DNA of 64,000 nucleotides from Candidatus Eiseniibacteriota bacterium (GTDB lineage Bacteria > Eisenbacteria > RBG-16-71-46): assembly GCA_031364845.1 (NCBI GenBank), contig JANLWX010000065.1, positions 1 to 64,000 on the forward strand, read 5' to 3'. Below the pieces are notes generated by a model that saw nothing but the letters and a program-made list of their open reading frames with translations, had not been told where the DNA came from and ran no database searches. A program made the position numbers and the translations under genes. Below, in pieces: positions 1 through 10,547 of this stretch; the first letter of the stretch is position 1; each line of letters opens with the position of its first letter.

Positions 1-138
1 CGAAGCGGCGTGCGTGCGGGTTCCGCAGCCGCGAGCGCTTCCGCACCGCGATCTACTTCCACTGCGGCGGACTCGACCTCTACCCCGCGAGCCTCGGCGC
101 GGCATCATGATTCCAGCCACACCATTCTCGGAAGAGCC
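1..138 (+). mobile_element. Right end of an ISL3-family insertion sequence (transposase C-terminus to stop at 110, terminal IR ending GAAGAGCC at 138)
   Basis: Frame 3 from nt 3 reads [28 protein letters not shown], the typical ISL3 transposase C-terminus; ISL3-like terminal GAGCC at 134-138. Confidence 0.85.
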
Positions 139-149
139 CAAACGTTCAA

Positions 150-1892
150 GTGATCGGGTTTAAGATCCGGCACTCAAACGACGACGGCATCACTGGCCTT
201 GGGTGGAGCAAGGTTCTAATTTCAAGCAACGACGTCCAAGCATCATGGCGTCAGGGGATCATGTTCAGCACTAGCAAGCAGGTTACCGTGTCGAGCAATG
301 CCGTTTCAAATAACGGTTCACATGGTATCTATTTGGTCAATAGCGACAGTGGGTGCGTTGTCTCATACAATACGGCATCCACGAACGATGCGCCGGCAAG
401 TGATCGCGGCGGTATCAACGGTATACGCATCGGCGATCGCACAACCGAGCCTATCGATACGGTGTACACGCACAATCATGCCGTCGAATTCAACGAGGCC
501 TTTGATAACGAAGATACAGGCATCGAATTTCGTGCTAACGCCGTGCGGTCACGGTACAATCGATCATGGTCTAACGGCGACCATGGCTATGATCATTTGT
601 ATTGCGTAGACGTCTGGCATGTTGGTGACTTGTCTGTGGGTAACGATCGATCCGGCATGTCCTTTGAAGCGAATGGATGGAGGGCGTCCCTTAGAAACTG
701 TGTCATCGCAAATAACGGGCGAGACGCCAACCGGCGCGACTATGAGATCGAGCTGGATTCAAACATTCCGGCTCAGCCGCACCCTCTGCTCGGCTTTTCG
801 TCGAAGTACAACGTTGTGTTCCGAGACAACACGCAAACCACTGACTCGGTGTTGATTGCGGTCGGAAATGTGCATGAGACTGGAGCCGGTGGCTCCCAAA
901 CTGGGAATGACGGATGTTCATCTTACGGAACGTGCTACGGTCGAAATCAACTCGCACGGTTTCAGTCGGAGCACCTGTCAGGTGCAGGTTACCATGCAGA
1001 TTCTCTCGAAGCCCACTCACGCGGTCTAGAGCCGACGTTTGTCAATAGTGCGATTGGGGATTTCACGCCTGTGGCGGGATCAGCAGTGATCGATGCGGCG
1101 GATACGACTGTAACCGGGCATCTTCCGCGGGACATTCGAGGATACGTGCGGCACGATTATGCAGGGACAGCAAATAGTGGATATCCGGGCGGTTTCGCTT
1201 ATGCGGATATAGGTCCCTACGAATTCGACTCGGCTCCCGGTGCGCCAACGATCGATCTGATCTCGTGGGGTAGATACGACTTCTCGGTCAATTGGGTCAA
1301 CAGCGGAGATGATGGCGCTGTGGGTACGGCGGGGACGGTTGAAGTGCTTGCCAACAATGTCGTCGTGGCATCTGCACCCGTATATACTACCGGGGCTGAG
1401 CAATGCATACCGGTCGATGCGGCCTCATGTACTGGGTATAGCGTCAAGCTTCGAATTACTGAGGTGGACAACGGCAAGACGGTTGAGAGTAACACGGTGA
1501 CAGGTTCAACGCTGTGTTCGGGCACAACTACGTCCGACTGTACGTACGCGTCATTGCTACCACCAGAGGAATCCTCAGCGAAACACATGAAGGTTGGCAC
1601 GGACTACGCTTTGGCGTTGGACCAGCCGTCTCCGAATCCTATGGTGTCCGGGGGCCTGATTGGCTACTCGATTCCGCGGGCCCTGAGCGGTAAGCTGATC
1701 GATCTGGCGATCTTCGACATCAGCGGACGACGCACGAGTCAGCTTGTGGCGGGTGCGGCAAAAGCCGGAAGGTTTAACGTCCCCATTAGTGGCGATGGCG
1801 CAGCGCAGAGGAAGTTGCACCCTGGAGTGTATTACGCACGTCTCCGGATTGGTGGAGAGGTGTTTACGCGGACGATTGTTCTCACCCACTAG
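150..1892 (+). CDS. Secreted right-handed beta-helix protein with FN3-like and FlgD-like C-terminal domains; 5' end interrupted by the ISL3 element
   Basis: Repeated 'N..HGIY/DTGIEF' beta-helix turns, 'DFTPVAGSAVIDA...DIGPYEF' motif, C-terminal 'PSPNP...LAIFDISGRR...PGVYYARL'; no signal peptide, and the ORF is open back to the IS end. Confidence 0.75.
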   Translation: MIGFKIRHSNDDGITGLGWSKVLISSNDVQASWRQGIMFSTSKQVTVSSNAVSNNGSHGIYLVNSDSGCVVSYNTASTNDAPASDRGGINGIRIGDRTTEPIDTVYTHNHAVEFNEAFDNEDTGIEFRANAVRSRYNRSWSNGDHGYDHLYCVDVWHVGDLSVGNDRSGMSFEANGWRASLRNCVIANNGRDANRRDYEIELDSNIPAQPHPLLGFSSKYNVVFRDNTQTTDSVLIAVGNVHETGAGGSQTGNDGCSSYGTCYGRNQLARFQSEHLSGAGYHADSLEAHSRGLEPTFVNSAIGDFTPVAGSAVIDAADTTVTGHLPRDIRGYVRHDYAGTANSGYPGGFAYADIGPYEFDSAPGAPTIDLISWGRYDFSVNWVNSGDDGAVGTAGTVEVLANNVVVASAPVYTTGAEQCIPVDAASCTGYSVKLRITEVDNGKTVESNTVTGSTLCSGTTTSDCTYASLLPPEESSAKHMKVGTDYALALDQPSPNPMVSGGLIGYSIPRALSGKLIDLAIFDISGRRTSQLVAGAAKAGRFNVPISGDGAAQRKLHPGVYYARLRIGGEVFTRTIVLTH

Positions 1893-2235
1893 AAGTGATT
1901 GGCGGACTGGGCGAGGCGCGATATTGAACCCCGCGCCTCTTGAGGCGACCTGATCGACGCAAGGGACTGCGTTCTGCTGGCGTCCAAAGAGCAGGTCGAC
2001 AAGAACGCAATTGCTGAAGCGTTAATGGCCATGCCGGAAAGTGCCCCGGCATGGCCATTGCGTAGCTCGGCGGGTGCTCTGACTGGGGCAGAACTTCTCG
2101 GTCCCTGACGTGTTGGTCGTGACGCTGAGCGCCGGCCGGCTCCAGAGCCGTACGAGGGTTCGATCACACCCGAACCGCGTTACCCCCGAACTGCAACTCT
2201 GTAACGCGCCGGGCGCGTTGACGTCCATCGACTTG

Positions 2236-3604
2236 GGCCTCTAGATCGAATTCTAGGATCGTGCCCGACTGATCAGCGACAATTAAAACACGCCCTCGTG
2301 TTGCCTCAGTCGGGAATGAGGCCAGTGAAGACGGTTGCTCGCGCGGCAATTTGAAATTGCCGGGGACGATCCGATACCGCGGCCAGGGTGGCGCTGGCGA
2401 ACGACCGCGCGAGCCTAGGCAGCACCCTGCGACGATGCGAAGACGAGCTCACGCGCGGCGGCAAGCACCGGTGTTCGGAGTGCGGACGCGAGCACGCAGA
2501 GGGTTTGTTCGAAGAGGCAGCTGCGATTCGATTCCGGGATTGCTCGATCGGCGACTTCGAGACGTACCTGGAAGTGGAACCGGTGCGGGTGGCGTGCTGT
2601 GGCGGAACGCGCACCGAGCGGCTGCCGTTCGTGATGCCGGGGTTTCGGATGACGCGGCGGATGTTCGAGCGCATCGCAGCCCTGTGCACTCGATTGCCGA
2701 TCGCGGTGGTGGCGCAGATGGCAAAGCTGTCGTGGGCAACGGTGGCGAAGGTCGATGGACACGCGATCGCGCTGGGGCTCGACGATCGAGCGATGGATCT
2801 GACGAAGCTGCGTTGGATCGGAGTCGACGAGGTGTCATGGACCGGAGGCCGCAAGTACTTCACGATCGTGACGGATCTCGAGAGCGGACGGGTGGTGTGG
2901 ATCGGCGACGGCAAGGGCAAGCGGGGATTGCTGCCATTCTTGCGCGCCCTGGGTGCGCGGGGGCGGCGCAAGCTGCGCGGGATGGTCAGCGATCTGGGCT
3001 ATCAGTCGATCATCGCCAAACGCGCGGCACGCGGTTCATGTCCTCGATCGCTTCCACATCGTGCGGTGGGTGAACGCGGCGCTCACGGACCTGCAGCGGC
3101 GGCTCTTCTCGGGAGCACCGCGCGATGAACTCGGTCGCACGCTCAAGGCGAAGATGTGGATGTTGCTGTCGGCGCGCGAGAACCTCGCGCACCAGGACAA
3201 GCTGCTCTTGACCGAGTTGATGGATCTCAACCAGTCGCCCTATCAGGGCTATCTGCTCAAGGAGCAACTGCGCGGCATCCTGCGGTACCCGTGGCGCTAT
3301 TTCGGCACGTTGCGGGATCGCCTGCACGACTGGATCGGATCGGTACTCGACAGCGACCTCAAGGAGTTCAAAAAGGTGGCCCATCGCATCGCCAACCATC
3401 TCGACGCCGTGATCGCCGGTAGCCAACACGACGTTCCACTCGGCCTGGTGGAAGTGATCAACGGCAAGATCGCGGCACTGCGGCGTCAGGCACGCGGCTA
3501 CCGCGACCCGGAGTACTTCAAGCTCAAGATCTTTCAGCGCTGCTCGCCGCCAGAGAATCCGTGGGCGAGGATCATACTGGGATTACGGAATTGTGAGAGG
3601 AGCC
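2236..3604 (+). mobile_element. Degenerate ISL3-family IS; transposase split by frameshifts (2388-3128 and 2953-~3580)
   Basis: CxxCG zinc finger, 'WIGVDEVSWTGGRKYFTIVTDLE', 'VLDRFHIV', 'EVINGKIAALRRQARGYRDPEYFKLKI'; right end ...GAGGAGCC at 3604; left end uncertain. Confidence 0.8.
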
Positions 3605-3904
3605 AAAAAAATGGCCAACCTGGTGGTTGGCCTCATCCAATCAGCATTCAGTCGCGCAGGAGAAATAGAAATCTCCCAACAATACAAGCCATACAGCATG
3701 CGATGGCACAAAGGGCAGCGCCCCGGCGTCCACTCTGCTCCCGCAGACTAGTCGCAAACGTAACTGTTACAGCGACGACCCACAGAATAAACGAACGCCA
3801 GCATAAATCATCCGACAATCCTCTCCACTAACAACGATCCCATGCGTCACCTCCGATGGGGGACATTGGGCTACGAGAGCAACAAGAATAGCATACAGCT
3901 GCGT

Positions 3905-4360
3905 CTATCTAGTGTCAACACTTGAGCTGTTAGTAATAGCACGGGTCATGATTACGACACTGTCGCGTTTGACGCCGGACGGCAAGACAACGTTACACAA
4001 CGCAAGTCCCTGGTCTCGGTCAAGAGTGCACTCTGCCACTCCAATATCACCGGCATTGCGATCAAGAAGTCGTAGAAACCATCGTGATGTCCTTGGCGTT
4101 GAGGAAGCAGCCATTACGCTACGGACGGCTACGAGATTCACTCCATAAATTACAGCTAATTGTTCTTCAAGTTTTGCAGTTGTAATTTGGATCTCGTGCG
4201 TTCGGTCGAGTTTGTCGCCCAACATGAGACCAATGGTCACCACGCCAGTTAAGGCACTGCTGCTTACCACAATAAGGAGTGCTGCGACTGGGAGATGTTT
4301 GATGCGTCGTCCGACAAAGCGCCGGAGCAATGCATGTCCAAGTCCTTCATGAGCCGACAT
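3905..4360 (-). CDS. Hypothetical membrane protein
   Basis: GGAGG RBS before ATG 4360; one hydrophobic segment. Confidence 0.55.
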   Translation of the reverse strand: MSAHEGLGHALLRRFVGRRIKHLPVAALLIVVSSSALTGVVTIGLMLGDKLDRTHEIQITTAKLEEQLAVIYGVNLVAVRSVMAASSTPRTSRWFLRLLDRNAGDIGVAECTLDRDQGLALCNVVLPSGVKRDSVVIMTRAITNSSSVDTR

Positions 4361-4385
4361 CGTAGATGCCTCCTGGGTCAAAACG

Positions 4386-5555
4386 TCAGGATTTGCTTCT
4401 AAAGTACTCGACAAGTAGAACCCTGTCGTGATATCGGGGCGGCACGACAAACCCGTACCCTCCCCGTACGCCGCGACTGACCTGCGAAGAATCGGGATAC
4501 AGCCCTTGCTGAAATGAAACCGCAACAGGCTCTGGATCGATCCGTTCTGTCCGAGGGTCAAATGCAAAGACCCAGATGACGACTGGACGATCCGCATAGA
4601 GATTAATGCTCAGTGGTCCGTCAAGTCTCGGGAATTGGCGTAAATCGAGAAAGAACCCGTCATTGACAGATGCCATCGCGCCTGGTGAGCAGAAGGCCTG
4701 ATGAACTGCCAACGGTCGATTGCGTTCGGCGGGAATGCTCGTTGACGCAAGGAAAAATGACCGTACTCCAATGGTGTGGCGCTTAAACTTGGTGTCATAA
4801 CGTTTGCCGTCCGACGGCCAGGGCTCGACAAGATATCGTAGATGAGATTCGTCAAGAGGCGGTGCTGGCACGCCGAGAATTGCATCTAGCAGCACTGAGT
4901 GTTTGTCGAAGTCCGAGGCGGGTTGTCCATACAGGTACAGTTCGCGAGTACCCGTTGTACCTACAACGGCGAAGTCGACACGGACGCTGTCAAGCGCGAT
5001 ATCACCTAAACGACAATCATTCAGCATCGCCTCATAGACTCGGATGATACCTTCCGCCTTGGCACGCAGGGACCAGGAAAAGCCATCTCCTAGCTTGCCG
5101 ACGCCAGGGATTATCCTGGGACCAGCGGTCCAACCCCAGATCAGAAGCATGCCCGCCAGGGCACACGCGCAAACGTCGAAGAAAGCGAAGGCGAATACGG
5201 CGCGCCACTTCGCCCTCGTTTGAGTAGCACGCAGAGGCACGTATATTTGAGTATAGCCAAATCGCAATGTCGCGAAGAGGGGCACAAAGACCAAGAGAAA
5301 CACCAACGCAACGTAGCCCTTTGAGACAGACAACCGCTCGGAGATGCTATCCACGGACAAGATCGCAAGGACAATTGCGCCAAGCTCAAGGAGTATGGGT
5401 CGAAGGAAAAAATGACCAATACGACGAACGGCCCGGTCAACCATGTCTGGCTGGGGATGATTCGGGGGCGAAGGAGGGGCTGCCAATGGGTCGGCGGGAG
5501 GGTTTGTCTCCGTCGGAGTAGCACGATGCTCGGGAGGATCGGCTTGATTATTCAT
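4386..5555 (-). CDS. Hypothetical membrane protein (three N-terminal TM segments, soluble C-terminal domain)
   Basis: Long ORF with hydrophobic helices; candidate sigma70 promoter TTGACG(5743-5738)-N16-TAGTCT upstream. Confidence 0.65.
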   Translation of the reverse strand: MNNQADPPEHRATPTETNPPADPLAAPPSPPNHPQPDMVDRAVRRIGHFFLRPILLELGAIVLAILSVDSISERLSVSKGYVALVFLLVFVPLFATLRFGYTQIYVPLRATQTRAKWRAVFAFAFFDVCACALAGMLLIWGWTAGPRIIPGVGKLGDGFSWSLRAKAEGIIRVYEAMLNDCRLGDIALDSVRVDFAVVGTTGTRELYLYGQPASDFDKHSVLLDAILGVPAPPLDESHLRYLVEPWPSDGKRYDTKFKRHTIGVRSFFLASTSIPAERNRPLAVHQAFCSPGAMASVNDGFFLDLRQFPRLDGPLSINLYADRPVVIWVFAFDPRTERIDPEPVAVSFQQGLYPDSSQVSRGVRGGYGFVVPPRYHDRVLLVEYFRSKS

Positions 5556-5785
5556 TCGGGCGACCCTGAACTGACAGGAGGATGTGCACGTCAAGTTAGC
5601 CAATCCGCGGGGCGAGATCCGGCTGCTTGATTCGTTGTGCGTGCTGCCTTGACCGCGAGCCAGTCCTGCTCGATTGACGCACGGCTAGTCGGCGCGATGG
5701 AACGAGATAATTGTTAGACTACCCAATTCAACACGGCCGTCAAGTGTGGGGTTATGGCAATCAGGTTGCTCGGGCGGATGACGTC

Positions 5786-5799
5786 TTCAGATAGTTGAA
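5786..5799. promoter_or_regulatory. TTCA-N6-TGAA palindromic box (TTCAGATAGTTGAA)
   Basis: One of six intergenic copies; this copy lacks the 22-nt-spaced -10 and lies about -83 from the candidate leftward promoter. Confidence 0.5.
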
Positions 5800-6017
5800 G
5801 AAACGTGTCCACATGTCGCCGTCATGCCGTGCACCGGCACTCATGAGTTTGTCCTGTCGAAACTGCATCGCGCAGGAGCTACGGGGGAGAGCAGAAAAAC
5901 TCGGCTTAGATGTGTTGGATTGTCGCCAGCGACCGTCAGGGGCGCATCACGGGAAATCCCCGAGCTACGAGGGTAGAAGTAGCTAAGGCCGAGGGAAGGC
6001 CCGTCTCGGTCAGTTTC

Positions 6018-6570
6018 GAGCCTGTCCTGATTTCTGTGTAAGCCCATTCCGGGTCACGCGGACAGTCGTCCTCCGAACATGATGGCGAACTGGTTCAAAG
6101 CGAGATTCCAACACTTCGGTTGCCGCGGCCACTTCTTCTCCATGTTGAGGATTCCGAGGTAGACCGGCTTGAGTGCCGCTTCGTCATTCGGGAGGTGGCC
6201 ACGAGCCTTCGTTACCTTGCGCAGCGTGAAGTTCAGCGACTCGATCGCGTTCGTCGTGTAGATGATCTTGCGCACCTCATGGCCGAACGCGAAGAACGGT
6301 CGGACGCGCTCCCAGTTCGAGCGCTACGACTGGGCGACCATCGGTTAGCGGTCGTCCAACTTCCGTTCGAACTCGCTGAGGGGGGCGAGCGCCGCTTCCT
6401 CGGTCTGGGCCGCGTAGACCGATCGCAGGTCGGCGGTCAGGGCCTTGCGATTGATCCAAGCCACGAACCGCGTCGAGCTGCGGATCAGATTGACGATGCG
6501 CGTCTGGACGATCGCCCGCGGGAACACCGCCTCAATCGCTTCGGGGAAGCCCTTGAGCCCATCGCAGCAG
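6018..6570 (-). pseudogene. IS256-family transposase remnant (3' half, frameshifted) with right terminal repeat
   Basis: 'DGLKGFPEAIEAVFPRAIVQT', 'RKIIYTTNAIESLN...PNDEAALK.VYL...WNLALNQFAIMFGGR'; IS256-like end TTACACAGAAATCAGGACAGGCTC. Confidence 0.85.
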
Positions 6571-7160
6571 ACGACGAACTGGGGTCGCGCATGAGCCGAG
6601 TTGTCTTGCGGCTCTTGAGCCTGGCGATCGAACTGGGCCAGCCATTGACCGTGATTCAGCGCCGACTCGAGGTTCCGCAGCTGTCGCCAAGGATGCGAGT
6701 CGCTCGAAGGACACCACGCTTCGTGAGTACACGCAGTCGGGATTCGCCCGCGAGAGTCGTCCAGCCATCGACGCGTTGCTCGCTTCGCCTCGATTCCTTC
6801 CTCTTTCTTGACGAGGTCAAGCTCCCACTGTCAGCGCCAAGCTGCGTCTCGTTCGCCGACGCCCTGGAATCCATCGTGGATTTGGGCAGCCCACCCGCGG
6901 GTGCCGAGCGGGCACAGCGATTCTGAGCGGGTATCCTGACCGGTCGTATAACCCGGGCAATCCTGTCTTGGCCAGTCGGACCGGGAACGCCTCGCACTTG
7001 GGTCATCTTCGAGGAAGTCCAGGAAGCGCTCGAGAGGAATCAAGCCGAGCAGTTCCGCCGTCTGCTGACGCTGGCCCGGCACACGCGGGTGGCGGTAACC
7101 CTGATCGAGAGGATGTGTCATGCCGTGAAGCCGTCAGTGAACGATGCTACGGCCTACACG

Positions 7161-7472
7161 TTATCGCCGTAGGTGATCGCGAAGACTGTGGCCGCGTTTG
7201 GCAATTGCTGCGATGGCAAGAATGCCTCCCAAGAGCACGCCAGTGAGAGGCGAGAAGCCTGGGACGGTGTCCGTCGGCGGAGGGCATGCACAGTCCCCTG
7301 GAGAATTGTAACAGCAGCCCCCCAGAGCCTGACACGTCGCGCAGTCGGCCGTAGTGGAAGATGCTCCGGTTTGGCAATCCGTTACGCAGGTCGTTGCTTG
7401 GCAAAGCGTGGAGAACGATAGAGCGACGATGCAGGCAATGATTGCGCATGATGGATGGCGTAGTGACGTCAT
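7161..7472 (-). CDS. Small Cys-rich secreted protein with VPGF-TM-basic C-terminal sorting signal
   Basis: GGAGG RBS; signal peptide ending CQA; 8 Cys in the mature part; 'TVPGFSPLTGVLLGGILAIAAIAKR'. Confidence 0.7.
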   Translation of the reverse strand: MTSLRHPSCAIIACIVALSFSTLCQATTCVTDCQTGASSTTADCATCQALGGCCYNSPGDCACPPPTDTVPGFSPLTGVLLGGILAIAAIAKRGHSLRDHLRR

Positions 7473-7704
7473 GTACGTCCTCCCGGAGGGCTTCACCGTA
7501 CGGGCCGAAGTGTGTCGTGCGAGTTGCGAGTAGTTCACCGTCGCACCGGACTTCATTCGCGCTATGCCCGTGACGGGCTACCCAGCAGCGAGATCAACGC
7601 GGGGTCGCGGTTGTGTTCCACGGACTGATCCCAACTGCGCTGTCGTGGCGGTGCATGGAGCAATCAGCTCGCGATCACCGTTCCTGTGATGGCAACCCAA
7701 GACA

Positions 7705-8937
7705 CTAGTTGCCACCAGAAATGCCATTGAGCTGCCAAACGCCCCTGATCGCAGTCTGACGCGCCGCAGGTGAGTTGTTGAGGAAATCCAGGTGGTTGAG
7801 CGCGTCAAATCCGAGCTCGTCGCGACAGCCGTTCGAAATGCAGTTGTTGGGGAAGTGATTCATCGTATCGATAATGTTGGCAATGGTCAGATCGACGCCG
7901 TCGCCCCCGGTGTCGCCGTCGATCAAATCCCACAACGCCGCCGAATGACAGAACGGAAACTCCCATGGCCGATCGGCCGTGCGGCACTTGACCAGGACGC
8001 GGCCTTGGCCGTCGATTACCGTGGCAGCTTCGTAATTCAGCGTGCGATCGCCTTGTGTGATCGTCGGGTCGCAATTCTGACCGCCAAGCCAAACAACCAT
8101 CCAAAGATCGGCCATCCCTTCAAGAAAAGCTGCTTTCGAGAACTCCCGACTGTCCCGAGCCCAACCGGGCACACCAAACATCATGTAGTCAGAAAGTGGA
8201 TTGATCGGGGCAGAGTTCAGTTGTAACGCCGCCCACGTGATGGCATGACCCAGTTCGTGAGCCACTGTGCCTGGATTGCTTACCGCTCGCCCGGGAGTTA
8301 CCCACACTTCGTGCGGCACCGGCGTGATACCAGAAAAGATCCCAAAACCCTCTACGTTGACTTTCACAACTGTCCCGGGCATGCGCTCCCGAAGATTGCG
8401 CGATCGCGCGACAATCGTTTCGAAGAACTCACGAGTCGTCAAATATGCTGCTGACTCTTCGCCCGCCCGACTCGCGTCAACGATAATGTCCCCAAGATTG
8501 AAGTTATTGGTCGTTACATCGCGACGAAATGTCTCCTGGTCGCCATCGACCATGAACAGGACTCTGGGCGGCGTGCGTCCGCCACCGTTGGACTCTGAGG
8601 ACGTGTACGTAATCGTCAGCCTCAGGCGAATCGGTAGCGCACCCCGGGTCTCGTCCGTCCATTGGACCCGGAACCTTCCGTTTGCGTCCGTAACAGCGTA
8701 GTTGGTGGGGTTGATGAAAGACCCCCCGGTCATTGAACTGGCGGCGGGCGACGTAACCGCGACAACGAGCCGGCGCGCTGCGACCGTCGTCCCCAATGTG
8801 GCAGTGTTCGGGGACAGGCTGCGATTGTCGAAAATCAGCACACGCCCCGATACAACACCTCTAACCGTGGCATATGCGCGGGGTGCGCACATCAAGGCCA
8901 TTACGAGAATCAGACAGAATACCTGCGGCCTGAGCAT
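7705..8937 (-). CDS. Secreted zinc metallopeptidase-like protein (gluzincin-type)
   Basis: GAGGAG RBS, signal peptide (AYA), 'VAHELGH' plus downstream 'AFLEGMAD'. Confidence 0.75.
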   Translation of the reverse strand: MLRPQVFCLILVMALMCAPRAYATVRGVVSGRVLIFDNRSLSPNTATLGTTVAARRLVVAVTSPAASSMTGGSFINPTNYAVTDANGRFRVQWTDETRGALPIRLRLTITYTSSESNGGGRTPPRVLFMVDGDQETFRRDVTTNNFNLGDIIVDASRAGEESAAYLTTREFFETIVARSRNLRERMPGTVVKVNVEGFGIFSGITPVPHEVWVTPGRAVSNPGTVAHELGHAITWAALQLNSAPINPLSDYMMFGVPGWARDSREFSKAAFLEGMADLWMVVWLGGQNCDPTITQGDRTLNYEAATVIDGQGRVLVKCRTADRPWEFPFCHSAALWDLIDGDTGGDGVDLTIANIIDTMNHFPNNCISNGCRDELGFDALNHLDFLNNSPAARQTAIRGVWQLNGISGGN

Positions 8938-9025
8938 GTCGCGCTCCTCATGAACCATCTGGTTGTGCAATAGAAGAACTGCGGGGCAGCGGTGTGGGAG
9001 GACCAACGTGATCGATAGACTCCCG

Positions 9026-9067
9026 AACATGGACTAGAACCCAGTGGAGTGCATTCAGATAGCTGAA
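9026..9067 (-). promoter_or_regulatory. Candidate class II Crp/Fnr-type promoter: box TTCAGATAGCTGAA (9054-9067) with -10 CATGTT
   Basis: Box centre at -41.5 relative to the -10 at 9031-9026; upstream of the metallopeptidase. Confidence 0.6.
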
Positions 9068-9368
9068 GGCCTGATCAGGTTGTGTGACGCCACACCAAGT
9101 GCCATCGGCCGCCGTCGAAGGCCGTAAGCGGCTGGTTGTCACGGCTCTAGGGGCGATCAATGATCAAGGCAATGCGCGGTTGATATGCGATCTGCCGATG
9201 CGGCTCTTAGGTAGGCCCGCGACAGCGGCCGGCCCCGGAGACCCCCGGATGCATGGCCTCAGATCATTGGGCGTGAGATCCGCTTGGAGTATGCACTGAC
9301 GTGGCTCGGAATAGCGGGGCCTCCGCACGGGCGTTGCGAGCCTGTGCGGAGGCGTCCTGTGACCACAA

Positions 9369-9794
9369 CTAGGGGCAGTACTTCTCAGTCCCCGACGTAT
9401 TCGTCGTGACACTGGGCGAGTTGCTGACCGGCGAGCGATTGCCTGAAGCATCCGTGAACGTGATGGCAAAGTAGTAGGTCGTGCCCTGGGTCAGGCCCGT
9501 TACCGAGTAGCAGTCCGCTGTTCCACCACTGCCTGCCGGCGTCCCGTTGGAAACAACCACGGTTGCGGAGTAGTAGTTCGCTTCGGTGATCGCGGAGGCG
9601 GAGCGACGGATTTCGAACGACGTCGCGGTCCCACTCAGACAGTCGTCGCCGGCGTCCGTGAAGCCGAGCGGGACGGTCGTCTTACCGATTACCACTGCCG
9701 CAAGGTCCGACACCTTTGACGGCGGGCAGTTCTCGGCGTAGGCGGTCGCGGCGGCAAGGACCAGCATTACCAAGATCAGATAGGCACGCTTCAT
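9369..9794 (-). CDS. Small secreted fibronectin type III domain protein
   Basis: GGAGG RBS, signal peptide 'MKRAYL...AYA', 'GDD', 'VTGLTQGTTYYFAI...GNRSPVSN'. Confidence 0.85.
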   Translation of the reverse strand: MKRAYLILVMLVLAAATAYAENCPPSKVSDLAAVVIGKTTVPLGFTDAGDDCLSGTATSFEIRRSASAITEANYYSATVVVSNGTPAGSGGTADCYSVTGLTQGTTYYFAITFTDASGNRSPVSNSPSVTTNTSGTEKYCP

Positions 9795-9877
9795 CGTGAG
9801 CCTCCTGTGGAGTGACGAGGCGAGTGCACAAAGTCTGGGCGGATCCCGGATCTTTGAGCACCGCAACTCCACGTCGG

Positions 9878-9919
9878 AACGTAGGGCAAGGCGCGCCTGC
9901 GATCATTCAACTAGATGAA
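9878..9919 (-). promoter_or_regulatory. Candidate class II Crp/Fnr-type promoter: box TTCAACTAGATGAA (9906-9919) with -10 TACGTT
   Basis: Box centre at -41.5 relative to the -10 at 9883-9878; upstream of the FN3 gene. Confidence 0.65.
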
Positions 9920-9981
9920 CGCGCACGCTCGAGAGCATCCGAAGCGCAATCCGCCGTACCGCCCACCAATCGACGCCGATC

Positions 9982-10023
9982 TTCCACTAGCTGAATGCGC
10001 GTGACGCTGCTCCCGCAGAGAAT
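9982..10023 (+). promoter_or_regulatory. Candidate divergent class II promoter: box TTCCACTAGCTGAA (9982-9995) with -10 GAGAAT
   Basis: One mismatch to the box; same 22-nt spacing to 10018-10023. Confidence 0.5.
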
Positions 10024-10547
10024 GGCCTTTCCCCATTGAGGCCCAGAGCGGTCGCGCCGCGCCACCTCCGCAAAGATCATGGGCTCTGAGCGCACGCCTG
10101 TTCTAGGGGGAAGGAATGCTCTGAACGCTCTGATGCTGCGCCTCGTTGCCTGCATCGACCTTTCCGCGGTCATCGTCAACTCAGGCAGTGCCGCCCGCGT
10201 CGCCACGGTCTTTGCCTGCGACGGGATAAAGAAGCCCACTTGTCGGGGCGTGCTCACCGTTACCGGCTCGGACCTGGCGCGGCCCTCTTCATGACCTCAG
10301 TGGTCGACTTTCGACGTCGCCGCATGGTCGTGAGCTAGGAGTACGTGGTCTAGGTTTGTTGGCGTCGTGGGGGGATGGCCAACCTTGAAGTGAGTGACCG
10401 CATGCGCCTGGTCCAGTTTATGCGCGAGACCTATGGGGCTATTAGACGAGTTCATCGTGCGCGCGGGGCAACCGCTATTTCGGCCACCCTGGCACTCGAG
10501 AGTAACGCGACGCGCTGCTGGTCACGCAATCCACCACGAGGGTAGTC

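Noticed and set aside
6570..7130. Possible second transposase fragment
   Set aside because: No recognisable motif in any frame; cannot be assigned
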